64,000 bases of DNA. Origin: Gammaproteobacteria bacterium. Its GTDB lineage: Bacteria; Pseudomonadota; Gammaproteobacteria; UBA4575. Made by a program: the position numbers and the translations under genes. The stretch covers positions 192,001-256,000 of the forward strand of contig CBDCUI010000009.1 in assembly GCA_965222615.1 (NCBI GenBank), written 5' to 3'. The notes beneath the pieces are model-generated. The model saw only the letters and a list, made by a program, of their open reading frames with translations, searched no databases and was not told where the DNA came from. Position 1 is the stretch's first letter. The number at the start of each line of letters is the position of its first letter. Shown one piece after another: positions 1 through 10,107 of this stretch.

Positions 1-757
1 TTAAAAATAGATTCTTTTTGCCTGTTTTGTCCCATAGCGAGACGTGAGCATGACATCCATTACCGGTTAAATTTGAGAATGGTTTCGGTGCAAAGGTTGC
101 ACGTAACCCATGTTGTTCGGCAAGAGTCTTAGTCATGTATTTAAAGAACACATGTCGGTCCGCAGTGACCAAGGCATCGTCATAGTCCCAATTCATTTCA
201 AATTGACCGTTTGCGTCTTCATGATCGTTTTGATAAGGATTCCAACCAAGTTCAATCATGCAATCACAAATTTCACTTATTAACGGGAAACGGCGCATAA
301 GCGCTTGCTGGTCATAACAAGGCTTGCTTTGTGTGTCTGCAGAATCGGCTAAAGCATTACCTTCTTGATTGATAAGAAAGTACTCACACTCTACACCGGT
401 TTTTACGCGATAACCTTTTTTAGTTGCACGTGCTAGTTGTCGCTTCAGTGCAACACGGGGGGAGGCTTCTACTTCTTTGCCGTCCATCCAGAGATCACTG
501 GCAAGCCAACCAATTTCTGGATTCCACGGTAATTGAATAAGACTGCTTGGATCGGGCACACCAAACATATCTGGATGTGCAGGAGTCATATCTAACCACG
601 CTGCAAAGCCAGCAAACCCGGCACCATCTTTTTGCATGTCTGCAATGGCTCGTGCTGGGACAAGCTTAGCGCGTAAAACTCCAAACAGATCGACAAAGCT
701 AACTAGAAAATATTTTATGCCATTATCTTTTGCGACTTTTGCCAAATTTGTAGCCAT
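1..757 (-). CDS. gmaS: gamma-glutamylmethylamide synthetase (type III glutamine synthetase-like, GlnT family), 5' part; runs off the window
   Basis: Not in the ORF track. Manual translation from ATG at 757: MATNLAKVAKDNGIKYFLVSFVDLFGVLRAKLVPARAIADMQKDGAGFAGFAAWLDMTPAHPD, typical of GmaS. GGGAGA RBS upstream; directly downstream of mgsC. Confidence 0.92.
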   Translation of the reverse strand, partial: MATNLAKVAKDNGIKYFLVSFVDLFGVLRAKLVPARAIADMQKDGAGFAGFAAWLDMTPAHPDMFGVPDPSSLIQLPWNPEIGWLASDLWMDGKEVEASPRVALKRQLARATKKGYRVKTGVECEYFLINQEGNALADSADTQSKPCYDQQALMRRFPLISEICDCMIELGWNPYQNDHEDANGQFEMNWDYDDALVTADRHVFFKYMTKTLAEQHGLRATFAPKPFSNLTGNGCHAHVSLWDKTGKKNLFL

Positions 758-835
758 AACTCTTCTCCCATAGACCTTTCTTATTGTTAGTTTTTATATG
801 AACGTTTGTTTAAGACCTTTCATATCGTTACGTTA

Positions 836-2188
836 TTAATATGTGTTGGTGCCAGGTATCCAATCAGTTCCAGCAAGAGGCACTTTTGCCATCGCAGCCG
901 CTTCAACCGTTAGCGCAACCAAATCTTCTGGTTCCAGATTATGCAAATGCGATTTACCACAGGCTCTAGCCAAAGTTTGTGCTTCCAGCACCATAGTTTG
1001 CAACAAATTTTTTATACGACGGCCTCCTAATTCCGGATCTAAGTTTTTGCCCAATTCCGGGTCTTGTGTTGAGATCCCAGCAGGGCATTTGCCTTCATGA
1101 TAAGCATCATAATAACCGGGGGCTGTACCTAATTTATGGTATTCATTTGTGTATTTGGGACTGTTGCAGCCCAGCGCAAAAAGGGCTGCCATCCCTATTG
1201 ATACAGCATCTGCACCTAATGCCAAGCATTTGGCAACATCGGCTCCATTGCGTATACCGCCCGATACAATGAGTTGGACTTTACGATGCATGCCCATTTC
1301 TTGTAAGGCTTGAGTAGCGATTCGAACTGCGGGCAAGGTTGGGATACCAACATGTTCAATAAATACATCTTGAGTTGCGGCTGTTCCACCTTGCATGCCA
1401 TCAAGTACAACTGCATCTGCACCGGCTTTGACGGCGAGCTGTACATCATATTTAGTTCGTGTCGCGCCGACTTTTATATAAATTGGTTTTTCATAATCCG
1501 TAATCTCACGCAGCTCTTGGATTTTTATTTCCAAATCATCCGGGCCTGTCCAATCTGGATGTCGACAGGCGCTACGCTGATCAACACCTTTTGGTAGAGT
1601 ACGCATTTGTGCTACACGATCACTAATTTTATAGCCAAGTAGCATACCGCCTCCGCCAGGCTTAGCGCCTTGACCGCAAACGACTTCAATTGCATCAGCT
1701 TTACGCAAATCATCTGGGTTCATGCCATAACGCGAAGGCAGCAACTGATAAACAAGTGTCTTAGATGATTTTCTTTCTTCCGGAGTCATGCCACCATCTC
1801 CAGTAGTCGTACTGGTGCCCATCATCGATGCACCTTTACCCAGAGCGTCCTTTGCTTGAGCCGATAGCGCACCAAAGCTCATACCAGCAATAGTAATTGG
1901 GATATCAAGATGCAGTGGTTTTTTTGCATAACGTGTACCAATTACAACATCGGTATCACAACGTTCCCGGTAACCCTCGAGTGGATAACGTGACATACTT
2001 GCACCGAGAAATAATAAGTCATCGAAATGGGGTAGCTGGCGTTTTGCGCCGCCGCCACGGATACTATAAATGCCTTGTGTAGCAGCACGCTGTATTTCAG
2101 CAATTGTATTTCTATCCCAAGTGTAAGATTCTTTCATTGGCGGAAGTTGTTCGCTTTTTACCATTGGATTTAAATCTAAATTTTCCAT
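836..2188 (-). CDS. mgsC: N-methylglutamate synthase subunit C (FMN-binding glutamate synthase family)
   Basis: GMSFGALS, TTTGDGG, GQGAKPGGGG and SGGIR motifs; gmaS/mgs context. Confidence 0.92.
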   Translation of the reverse strand: MENLDLNPMVKSEQLPPMKESYTWDRNTIAEIQRAATQGIYSIRGGGAKRQLPHFDDLLFLGASMSRYPLEGYRERCDTDVVIGTRYAKKPLHLDIPITIAGMSFGALSAQAKDALGKGASMMGTSTTTGDGGMTPEERKSSKTLVYQLLPSRYGMNPDDLRKADAIEVVCGQGAKPGGGGMLLGYKISDRVAQMRTLPKGVDQRSACRHPDWTGPDDLEIKIQELREITDYEKPIYIKVGATRTKYDVQLAVKAGADAVVLDGMQGGTAATQDVFIEHVGIPTLPAVRIATQALQEMGMHRKVQLIVSGGIRNGADVAKCLALGADAVSIGMAALFALGCNSPKYTNEYHKLGTAPGYYDAYHEGKCPAGISTQDPELGKNLDPELGGRRIKNLLQTMVLEAQTLARACGKSHLHNLEPEDLVALTVEAAAMAKVPLAGTDWIPGTNTY

Positions 2189-2207
2189 TTTAATACCTTA
2201 TTTACAT

Positions 2208-2903
2208 TTATTCCGAAGGTAGATGGGCATCATCAATCTTAAAGTTATATAAGTTTCTTGCGGAGCCATAGCGCTTGAAATTTTTTGGATTAGCATTAAC
2301 TCCTGCTTGATGTAAAAGTTCGGTAAGCTTGTTTAGATGTTCGTGCTTCATTCCCTTTTCGATACAATCCATACCGAGGCTTTTAACTTTTCCCTGTACA
2401 AAAATTTGTACTTCATATATTGAATCACCTAAAGAGTCACCGGCATCACCACAAATTACTAAACTTCCTAATTGCCCCATGAATGCCGACATATGTCCAA
2501 CGGATCCTCCCACTACGATATCGACTCCTTTCATTGAAATACCACAACGCGCGGCAGCATCTCCTTCAATGACAAGTAGGCCTCCATGCCCGGTAGCACC
2601 AGCATATTGTGAGGCATTTCCTTTTATAGTGACTTGGCCTGACATGATATTTTCTGCGACACCGGCACCGGCATTGCCCGTGACGGTTATATTGGCTTGT
2701 TTATTCATGCCACCACAATAGTAACCTACATGACCGTCAATCTTTACATCGATAGGTGAATCGAGGCCTACTGCAATAGCATGTTTGCCACTTGGATTGT
2801 TAACTAAAAACTCGGCTGATTTAAGTTTGCCATTGTGTAAATGGAGTTGTTCATTGAGCTCACGAACTTCAGTACTTGCAAGGTCATACATTTTTTTCTT
2901 CAC
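2208..2903 (-). CDS. mgsB: N-methylglutamate synthase subunit B (GXGXG / GlxC-like)
   Basis: GXGXG beta-helix repeats; YGSARNLYNF C-terminus. Start could be the ATG four codons downstream. Confidence 0.9.
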   Translation of the reverse strand: MKKKMYDLASTEVRELNEQLHLHNGKLKSAEFLVNNPSGKHAIAVGLDSPIDVKIDGHVGYYCGGMNKQANITVTGNAGAGVAENIMSGQVTIKGNASQYAGATGHGGLLVIEGDAAARCGISMKGVDIVVGGSVGHMSAFMGQLGSLVICGDAGDSLGDSIYEVQIFVQGKVKSLGMDCIEKGMKHEHLNKLTELLHQAGVNANPKNFKRYGSARNLYNFKIDDAHLPSE

Positions 2904-3375
2904 AATTATCGATCTCGTTAAGCTTATCTTGTCTAGAAAGTTCTACAGCCCAAACTGCTGCTTGTAGGCGGGAATGTAGTTTTAACTTAGACAATATGTT
3001 TTTAACATGTACTTTAACAGTGCAGTAGCTAATTCCTAATTTAAGCGCAATCACTTTATTGCTTAGACCTGATGCGAGAAGCGTTAAGACTTGTTTTTCT
3101 CTAGTCGTTAAACCAGCGTCATTAATTTTTTGTTCACTTGGATTTAATAATGGGTCGAGATTATCGGAATTGACTGGCTCTTTTAATTGCGAGTTTGTAG
3201 TTATTTCTAGTCGATCTGAATATTTGTCAGATAATGGTGATACAATAAATAACGTTTCCATATTAGAAAGTTGGTTGAGCATTTGTTTTCCACTTTCACT
3301 ATGTGGATTGATTTCTAGCGCCATCACATTATCCAATTTATCTACCAAGTTTTTAATAATCTCTATATCTTCCAT
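2884..3375 (-). CDS. LuxR/NarL-type HTH regulator without a complete receiver domain
   Basis: C-terminal LTTREKQVL...TVKVHVKNILSKL...SRLQAAVWA; lies between mgsA and mgsB. Confidence 0.85.
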   Translation of the reverse strand: MEDIEIIKNLVDKLDNVMALEINPHSESGKQMLNQLSNMETLFIVSPLSDKYSDRLEITTNSQLKEPVNSDNLDPLLNPSEQKINDAGLTTREKQVLTLLASGLSNKVIALKLGISYCTVKVHVKNILSKLKLHSRLQAAVWAVELSRQDKLNEIDNCEEKNV

Positions 3376-3378
3376 ATG

Positions 3379-4278
3379 CTACTCCTTGATCCAGCTGTAA
3401 ATTTTTTCAGGCTCAGGTTCCCAAATTTTTGCATTTTCAACTCCAGGTAAATTTGCTATGGCGCGAAATTCTGACGCCATGGCAGCCCATTCATCTGTTT
3501 CAGCCATCACTGCTGGTTTACAGCCAATGGGATCGCGCATTACTGCAAATCCATCACGTGTGCCTATTGCAAAAGTATAAAACCCATCAAGATCATCAAT
3601 AGCATTTTCCAATGCTTCAGTAAGTGAAGCACCTTCACGTATCTGCCACATCAGATAACCGGCAGCAACTTCGCTGTCGTTATCGGTTTTAAACTCAACA
3701 CCTTCTCTGCGTAGTTTTCTGCGTAATCGATTGTGGTTGGATAAAGAGCCGTTGTGAACTAGACACAAATCTAGGCCTGTAGAAAATGGATGTGAGTGTT
3801 CGGTAGTAACGGCGCTCTCGGTTGCCATGCGAGTATGTCCTAAGGCATGTGTGCCTTGTAAGTCACTTAACTCAAAGCGTCGAACAACATCCTTAGGCAA
3901 TCCTTTATCCTTATAAATCTCGATTATCGTGCCTGAACTAGTTACATGAAGATCCGAATGATTTTGTTCCAACCAAGTTAAGATGATAACAACATCTGTT
4001 GGCACAATGAGAACTGCATGATTAAAGCGTGTTTCAATAGAAGATTTTTCACCGAATTTTTCTTGCAGCTGTTTTTCGAGTTTATCCCAAGGATAATTTT
4101 GGGATTTATTGAGGAGTGTAATTTTCGAGAAGCCTGGCTCAACAGGGTTTCGATAAAATGCAACTCCGGCACTATCCGGTCCACGCTCCGACATTTCGAC
4201 GAGCATAGGAGAAAGTAGATCTCCTAACAGTGGTTCTAAATCCGGGTTTTTAAAAAACAGCCCTACGATTCCACACAC
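3379..4278 (-). CDS. mgsA: N-methylglutamate synthase subunit A (class II glutamine amidotransferase)
   Basis: MCGIVG Ntn start (GTG codon), ERGPDSAG, GHTRMATES, HNGSLSN. Confidence 0.92.
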   Translation of the reverse strand: MCGIVGLFFKNPDLEPLLGDLLSPMLVEMSERGPDSAGVAFYRNPVEPGFSKITLLNKSQNYPWDKLEKQLQEKFGEKSSIETRFNHAVLIVPTDVVIILTWLEQNHSDLHVTSSGTIIEIYKDKGLPKDVVRRFELSDLQGTHALGHTRMATESAVTTEHSHPFSTGLDLCLVHNGSLSNHNRLRRKLRREGVEFKTDNDSEVAAGYLMWQIREGASLTEALENAIDDLDGFYTFAIGTRDGFAVMRDPIGCKPAVMAETDEWAAMASEFRAIANLPGVENAKIWEPEPEKIYSWIKE

Positions 4279-4326
4279 CGTAAAAAAGCCTCTTAATATT
4301 TAGATTATTTATACTAGTTTAGGCAA

Positions 4327-4355
4327 ATTCTATGGTGAAGGCATATATTTGTCAA
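4327..4355 (-). promoter_or_regulatory. sigma70 promoter of the mgsA operon
   Basis: TTGACA (4355-4350), 17 bp spacer, TAGAAT (4332-4327) on the minus strand, about 50 bp upstream of mgsA. Confidence 0.75.
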
Positions 4356-4385
4356 CTGATATGAATAAAATATTCCTGATAGGAA
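4354..4385. promoter_or_regulatory. putative operator(s) of the XRE-cupin regulator
   Basis: AACTGATATGAAT at 4354-4366 (12/13 identical to 5117-5129) and palindrome TTCCT-GAT-AGGAA at 4373-4385. Confidence 0.45.
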
Positions 4386-4419
4386 ACTTTAATCAGGCTG
4401 ATTGTGATTTTCTGTGTAT

Positions 4420-5031
4420 TCAGTTTTCCCGATTCAGCTTGATGATGACAGACAATAAACGGATCGGTAGCTTTATTAGTTCTTCAGGCCCATGCGGTGC
4501 ATCCGCATCAAAAAACAGGGAATCCCCTGGCTTGAGCCTATAAGTATTATTGGTATGGCGATATAGTGCTTCGCCTTCCAGCATATAAATAAACTCAGCC
4601 CCAGAATGCTGAAATAATGGGAATACTTCAGATTCTTCAGATAAGGTGACGAGAAAAGGTTCCACCGATACTTGTTTATCAATTGTATGGCCAAGTAGTT
4701 GGTAAATATGCCCAGCTCTTGTGCCTTGACGATTAATGCTCAATCCCTCACCAGAACGAACATAGGTACAATCGCGTTCTTCTTCATATTTGCGGAATAA
4801 AGACGTTACTGGCACGTTGAGTGCGTTAGCAAGTGCGTGTAGCGTAGCCAGCGAAGGAGAGGTGTTGCCATTTTCAATTTTTGAGAGCATACCCGGAGAC
4901 AGATCTGCGGCTTTGGCGACTTCTTTAACTGTCAATTGAAGCTGTTTACGAAACTCTTTGATTTGATTACCAATAGCTGACTCTAAAGGAAGCGTCTTAT
5001 GGTTAATATCTAGATGGGCCTCATGTTTCAA
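4420..5031 (-). CDS. XRE-family HTH + cupin transcriptional regulator
   Basis: LSPGMLSKIENGNTSPSL HTH; cupin HSGAEFIY...GDSLFFDADAPHG. Confidence 0.9.
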   Translation of the reverse strand: MKHEAHLDINHKTLPLESAIGNQIKEFRKQLQLTVKEVAKAADLSPGMLSKIENGNTSPSLATLHALANALNVPVTSLFRKYEEERDCTYVRSGEGLSINRQGTRAGHIYQLLGHTIDKQVSVEPFLVTLSEESEVFPLFQHSGAEFIYMLEGEALYRHTNNTYRLKPGDSLFFDADAPHGPEELIKLPIRLLSVIIKLNREN

Positions 5032-5106
5032 AGTTGATATCCCTATGCCATTTTGTGGGTGACGAAAATGCTATATCGTAAATTAAGAATGACATTTATT
5101 ATTGAG

Positions 5107-5136
5107 AAACTAGTTTAACTCATATGAATTTGTCAA
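5107..5136 (-). promoter_or_regulatory. probable promoter of the XRE regulator with an operator in the spacer
   Basis: TTGACA (5136-5131), 18 bp spacer, TAGTTT (5112-5107); AACTCATATGAAT lies in the spacer. Confidence 0.45.
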
Positions 5137-5318
5137 TAGAAATTTTTCCGCTTAATTAAGATATTTATATATTTCAATACCTTATTCTATGGCAACATCA
5201 AAGGGGTTCTATATACTTTATATATAAGGTGCCTAGTGTGATATCGTACCAAGCCGGTTGAAAAACAGCTTTGTACTTTTGAATTTTATTACATCAATGT
5301 TAAAGCGTTTAGTGGAAT

Positions 5319-6044
5319 TTACATTCCCAGATAGGCTTTACGCACATGATCGTTGTCCATGAGGCTTTTCGCTTCACCTTCAAGCGCAACAGCTCCGGTT
5401 TCAAGCACATAACCGTGGCGTGCTAATTCAAGCGCAAGTTCTGCATTTTGTTCAACTAAAATTATACTTACTCCTTTTTTATTAATTGCAATTAAAATCT
5501 TTGCGATTTCCTGCACGATTACAGGTGCGAGGCCCAAAGAAGGTTCATCGAGTAACAATACACGAGGGTTAGACATTAATGCTCGACCAATAGCTAACAT
5601 TTGTTGTTCACCACCACTCATGGTTTTTGCTAACTGATGTTGGCGCTCTTTCAGTCGTGGAAAATGATTGAATACTATTTCCAAATCATTTTTGATTCCA
5701 TCTTTATCATTTCTGGTAAAAGCACCAAGCTGTAGGTTTTCTAGTACAGTAAGCCCTTTGAAAACACGTCGACCTTCTGGAACATGGGCTATGCCTAATT
5801 TGAGAATTTTGTCTGCAGATAATTTATCTATACGCTTTTCATCAAAATAGATTTCGCCACTACTAGGATGTTCTAGACCAGAGATTGTGCGTAGGGTGGT
5901 GCTTTTGCCCGCGCCATTAGAGCCGATTAATGTAACGAAATCAGATTCGTTAAGATCCAAAGAAACCCCTTTCAAAGCGGCAACTTTATGGTAGTGAACG
6001 TGAATATCTTTAACTTGCATTAACATATCAATTTGTTCCACCAA
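5319..6044 (-). CDS. ABC transporter ATP-binding protein (LivF-like)
   Basis: GSNGAGKST, HVPEGRRVF, MSGGEQQM, LLLDEPSLGL. Confidence 0.92.
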   Translation of the reverse strand: MVEQIDMLMQVKDIHVHYHKVAALKGVSLDLNESDFVTLIGSNGAGKSTTLRTISGLEHPSSGEIYFDEKRIDKLSADKILKLGIAHVPEGRRVFKGLTVLENLQLGAFTRNDKDGIKNDLEIVFNHFPRLKERQHQLAKTMSGGEQQMLAIGRALMSNPRVLLLDEPSLGLAPVIVQEIAKILIAINKKGVSIILVEQNAELALELARHGYVLETGAVALEGEAKSLMDNDHVRKAYLGM

Positions 6045-6783
6045 GATATGCTTCGATCACTTTTTCATTTGCTCTAATTTCTTCGGGTGTGCCTTCGGCA
6101 AGTAACTGCCCAAAATTAAGTACAGTGAGATAGCCACATAGCCCCATCACAGCTTTCATATCGTGTTCAACTAAGACGATAGTAATTCCGGATTGTTGAA
6201 TTTTTCTGGTCAACTCCATCATGTGATTGGTCTCTTCAGGATTCATCCCAGCAAATGGCTCATCCATCAGTAGAACCTTTGGTTCAGCTGCTAACGCAAT
6301 GGACATGGCCAAAGCACGTTGTGACCCTAAAGGCAACTCAGAAGCAAGTTGGTCTTTGCGTTCACTTAGCCCCATGAATTCCAATACTTCTGTAGTTTTT
6401 TCGCGTGCTTGACGTTGTTTGTTTTTATCAGCACTCAGAATTGCAGAAAAAATATTTGTGCTAGCTTTGATATGACAACCTACAAGAACATTTTCAAACA
6501 CACTTAGTTCTTGAAATAAAGTTGTTTCTTGAAAGGTGCGAACGACACCTAAACGCGCCACCTTGCTAGGATTCATGCCCGCAATATCTTGGTTGCTATA
6601 ACGGATTTGTCCGTTTGTTGGCGTGTAGAATCCAGCTATGTTTTTAAACATGGTACTCTTACCAGCACCATTGGGTCCGATCAATCCACGGATTTCACCT
6701 TCTTCTACTTGAAAGCTCACATTATCTAAAGCAGTTAATCCCCCAAATTGCTTAGTTACATTGCTAATTTCAAGTAATGCCAT
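6028..6783 (-). CDS. ABC transporter ATP-binding protein (LivG-like)
   Basis: GPNGAGKST, RTFQ, LLMDEPFAG, VEHDM, AYLG. Confidence 0.92.
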   Translation of the reverse strand: MALLEISNVTKQFGGLTALDNVSFQVEEGEIRGLIGPNGAGKSTMFKNIAGFYTPTNGQIRYSNQDIAGMNPSKVARLGVVRTFQETTLFQELSVFENVLVGCHIKASTNIFSAILSADKNKQRQAREKTTEVLEFMGLSERKDQLASELPLGSQRALAMSIALAAEPKVLLMDEPFAGMNPEETNHMMELTRKIQQSGITIVLVEHDMKAVMGLCGYLTVLNFGQLLAEGTPEEIRANEKVIEAYLGGTN

Positions 6784-6829
6784 GAGATTTTCTGCTTTAC
6801 ATTTATATATGATGTTTCAATGTTAAGTT

Positions 6830-7858
6830 TTATGGTTTACGGAATAACCACCAAAATGTTGATTTTTCCTGGAGTAGCTTTTTGCCTTGACCATTTGACA
6901 GTGGTGCATCGGTATCAGAAGGTGATTTCTTTAGCCCAAATAATTCGCGAATTTTAGACGGCACTCTTTCTAATCCCTGTGGCAAAAACATAATGGCTGC
7001 AATTAATACGGCACCGTATATTGCGGGGCGAATTTCTTCCAAAGCTCGAAATGATTCATCAAGAATGGTTAACGCAATTGCGCCTAAAATTGGACCATAA
7101 AAGGTATTGTAACCACCTACAATCACCCAAATCAGAACAAACACCATTACTCCAATTCCAAATTGATGTGGAGTGACTGTGCCTAGATAATGTACCTTTA
7201 AGGCGCCCGCAATTCCTACAAATATTGATCCTACAATAAATGCCAGCGAACGATAGCGCCACGTATTCACGCCAACTGACTCGGCTAAAGGTGCTTTCCA
7301 GTGTACTGCGTGTAGTGTCAAACCAATTCTAGAATTTTCGACGCGATGTAAAATAATTAAGCAAATTGTCACAACAGCTAGAACTAGATAGTAATAGGGA
7401 ATAGGGTCAACAAATTCAAACTCACCAAGCTTTGGTGGTGGGATATTGCTTAACCCACTGCTGCCACCAAATGGTTTTACAAAAAATATCCAACCCAATC
7501 GAATTGCTTCTCCTGCGGCAAATGACCCAATTAAGAAATAAAACTGGCTCATACGAAATAATGGAAAACAAAGTAGACCGGCCACTAAGCCAGCCATTAC
7601 TCCTGCAAGTGGCATCGTCAGCCAGAAAGACAAGCCAAATTCTTTTGCCAACAGTGCGCTGGTATATGCCCCAACGCCCATCATTACAACGTGGATTAAA
7701 GACCATTCACCAGTAAGTGTTACGATTCTATAACTTACTACGACTAATACATTAATAAGCAAAAAAATGACTAAGTCTTGATGGTGGTATTTTAAAAAGT
7801 GAGGCAGAACAATGAGGCCTAATAAAATGAGTACTATACTAATTGCAGTTTTTAGCAT
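6830..7858 (-). CDS. ABC transporter permease (LivM-like)
   Basis: Multi-TM, VIVGG..TFYGPILGA. Start is probably the ATG at 7858 (MLKTAIS), because the track start at 7936 overlaps the upstream gene. Confidence 0.88.
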   Translation of the reverse strand: MLKTAISIVLILLGLIVLPHFLKYHHQDLVIFLLINVLVVVSYRIVTLTGEWSLIHVVMMGVGAYTSALLAKEFGLSFWLTMPLAGVMAGLVAGLLCFPLFRMSQFYFLIGSFAAGEAIRLGWIFFVKPFGGSSGLSNIPPPKLGEFEFVDPIPYYYLVLAVVTICLIILHRVENSRIGLTLHAVHWKAPLAESVGVNTWRYRSLAFIVGSIFVGIAGALKVHYLGTVTPHQFGIGVMVFVLIWVIVGGYNTFYGPILGAIALTILDESFRALEEIRPAIYGAVLIAAIMFLPQGLERVPSKIRELFGLKKSPSDTDAPLSNGQGKKLLQEKSTFWWLFRKP

Positions 7859-7860
7859 TT

Positions 7861-8730
7861 TTATTCGCTCACTTTCATGCCCATGATACCCGTAGGCTTG
7901 ACGATTAAGACCAACACCATCACTAACAAGCCACAAATTGTTGCAATCGTTCCACTAAAGTAGGCGGTTATAAATGTGTGAAAGATTGCATACAAAACAG
8001 CTGCCAATACAGCTCCAGAAAGACTACCGATACCGCCCACAATGGTAACGATGAAGGCAGTAATAATTACATTATGTCCCATGTGAGGATTAATATTTGT
8101 CAGCGGTGCCATTAAAGCCCCAGCCAGTCCAGCAAGTGCTGTACCGACGCCAATGGCAATCATTGATGTACGATTTATGTTGATACCCTGCAAGGCAGCG
8201 GCCTCTCGATCTAATGCCACTGCACGCAACGACCATCCAAGTTTTGTTCGCGTCAGAAAAAACCACAAAATTATCAGTGCGGATACGGCAACGGCTACGC
8301 TAAAAATCCGCTGTGCAGGAATGCGTAATATGTCGAATATTTCTATAGTTCCAGGAAACGGAGGAGCGACTTGCTTGGACGGACCGGTTCCTCCCACTAC
8401 ATGTGCAAGTACTTGTAAGATAAATAAGACACCAATTGAACAGATCAATCCACCCAGAGGGTCTTCACGTTTTGGGCGAAATAGTAATCGCTCCATTAAA
8501 AGGCCGATAATCGTGACAACAGTAACCGCAAGCACTACGGTAGGTAGGTAAGGGAAATTATTTTGGGCATGCACTAACCAGATAGTGTATGCACCTACCA
8601 TCACGAGCTCTCCATGGGCGAAATTTACAACACCCATAACACCAAAAATCAGTACTAGACCCACTGCCCAAAGGGCAAAGAAGCCGCCTTGTATGAAGCT
8701 GTTAACTATGGATTGAAGAAACAACTCCAT
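7861..8730 (-). CDS. ABC transporter permease (LivH-like)
   Basis: GVVNFAHGE, RAVALDREAAALQGIN, IVGGIGS. Confidence 0.92.
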   Translation of the reverse strand: MELFLQSIVNSFIQGGFFALWAVGLVLIFGVMGVVNFAHGELVMVGAYTIWLVHAQNNFPYLPTVVLAVTVVTIIGLLMERLLFRPKREDPLGGLICSIGVLFILQVLAHVVGGTGPSKQVAPPFPGTIEIFDILRIPAQRIFSVAVAVSALIILWFFLTRTKLGWSLRAVALDREAAALQGININRTSMIAIGVGTALAGLAGALMAPLTNINPHMGHNVIITAFIVTIVGGIGSLSGAVLAAVLYAIFHTFITAYFSGTIATICGLLVMVLVLIVKPTGIMGMKVSE

Positions 8731-8778
8731 ATAATTTTCTCTCTTCTACTGACTATAGTTTTTATTCGTAGTTATAAC

Positions 8779-8808
8779 AAAAAAGGGGAGCTATTCACTC
8801 CCCTTTTT
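8779..8808. terminator. intrinsic terminator / stabilising hairpin after the substrate-binding protein gene
   Basis: AAAAAAGGGGAG-CTATTCA-CTCCCCTTTTT with A/T tracts on both sides. Confidence 0.75.
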
Positions 8809-8832
8809 CCAATTAATGCCCTAAGAGCAAGA

Positions 8833-10107
8833 CTATACAGTCCTTAAATCTAAGGCTTGCATGTGTTTTTTCAACACATCACCATGTTTTTCTAACCAGC
8901 CATGAACACTTCTAAATTCAACGATACGTGCCCGGCCTCCTTGCATCGTCACAACTGGCCAATTACCAACAACGGCATTATCTAGCCCCCACAGATCTTT
9001 GCCCCACCAATGACCCGGGCCAAAGGTATGCGAAGGTGTGGGATTTGCTTTTAATGCCTCAAGCACATCCATAGGCTCGACACTGCCTGCTGCCTGAGCT
9101 GCATCAGCCCAGATCTGTAAAATGTTTGGGTATTCCCATGCAACTGCAGACCATTCACCTGAATGATCTTTTTTAAATGCTGCATCAAACACACCCGGAT
9201 TTGGATTTGGAAAATAAACCTGATCATTTGATTCCAGAGCTGGGTCATCAAAGTCAGGAAATTGGAAGATTAGGCCTTCAACAAAATCTTGACTAGTTTT
9301 AGCGATGACTTCTTCATAAAGATCAAAGGTGCAAGAGATGATCTTACCTTTAAAGTTTTGATGATAAAGTTGTTCTACCAATGGAGTAGTATAGACATCA
9401 GTGGCCATGCAAAAGATGTCTGGTTTTTTTGCCAGTAATGAATTTACTATTGGGGCAAAGTCAGCTACGTCAAAACCATGAAAGTTAGTATCTAGTACTT
9501 CAATTCCAGCTACTTCAAACGCTGCTTTGTAGGTAGCTGCTGATTGTTTGCCATATTCAATATCATCAGTGGTTACGATCACTGCTGTTTTGGCATCTGG
9601 AAAGTTTTTTGCTAACCATTCAACTCCGGTCACGTTATATAATGGATGAGACTCACATAAAGCAGTCAAATAAGGCGTGTCAGGAGTGATGTCACTGGGT
9701 AAGAGGGTAGTCGTTAACATTTTCTTCCTAGTACCCCACGGCATGACTGATGCGACGGTTGAACCACCCAGCATCATCACCATCTTGACTTCATCCTCTA
9801 ATACCAGTTTCTTATAACCCTGTATCGCTTTTTCTGTGTCATAACCGTGATCATAAGCGACGACTTCAATTTTATAATTGTCGCCACCAACGTTAATGCC
9901 GCCTTTGCTATTGATACTATTGGCAACAATTTTAGAACCGTATAAACCCGGCAATCCCCACGGTGCATAATCACCTGTCATGGGAATATTCATACCAATT
10001 TTTACAGTTTTTTCACCTGCAAACAGGAGATTTGGTGTAAAGCCTAATGCGCCAGCTGCAGTACCAGCCGTCGTGGCTTTTAAAAAATCCCGACGTGTAA
10101 TATTCAT
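8833..10107 (-). CDS. ABC substrate-binding protein (LivK/periplasmic binding protein type 1) with Tat signal
   Basis: MNITRRDFLK twin-arginine leader; KIG...PMTGDYAPWG. Confidence 0.88.
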   Translation of the reverse strand: MNITRRDFLKATTAGTAAGALGFTPNLLFAGEKTVKIGMNIPMTGDYAPWGLPGLYGSKIVANSINSKGGINVGGDNYKIEVVAYDHGYDTEKAIQGYKKLVLEDEVKMVMMLGGSTVASVMPWGTRKKMLTTTLLPSDITPDTPYLTALCESHPLYNVTGVEWLAKNFPDAKTAVIVTTDDIEYGKQSAATYKAAFEVAGIEVLDTNFHGFDVADFAPIVNSLLAKKPDIFCMATDVYTTPLVEQLYHQNFKGKIISCTFDLYEEVIAKTSQDFVEGLIFQFPDFDDPALESNDQVYFPNPNPGVFDAAFKKDHSGEWSAVAWEYPNILQIWADAAQAAGSVEPMDVLEALKANPTPSHTFGPGHWWGKDLWGLDNAVVGNWPVVTMQGGRARIVEFRSVHGWLEKHGDVLKKHMQALDLRTV

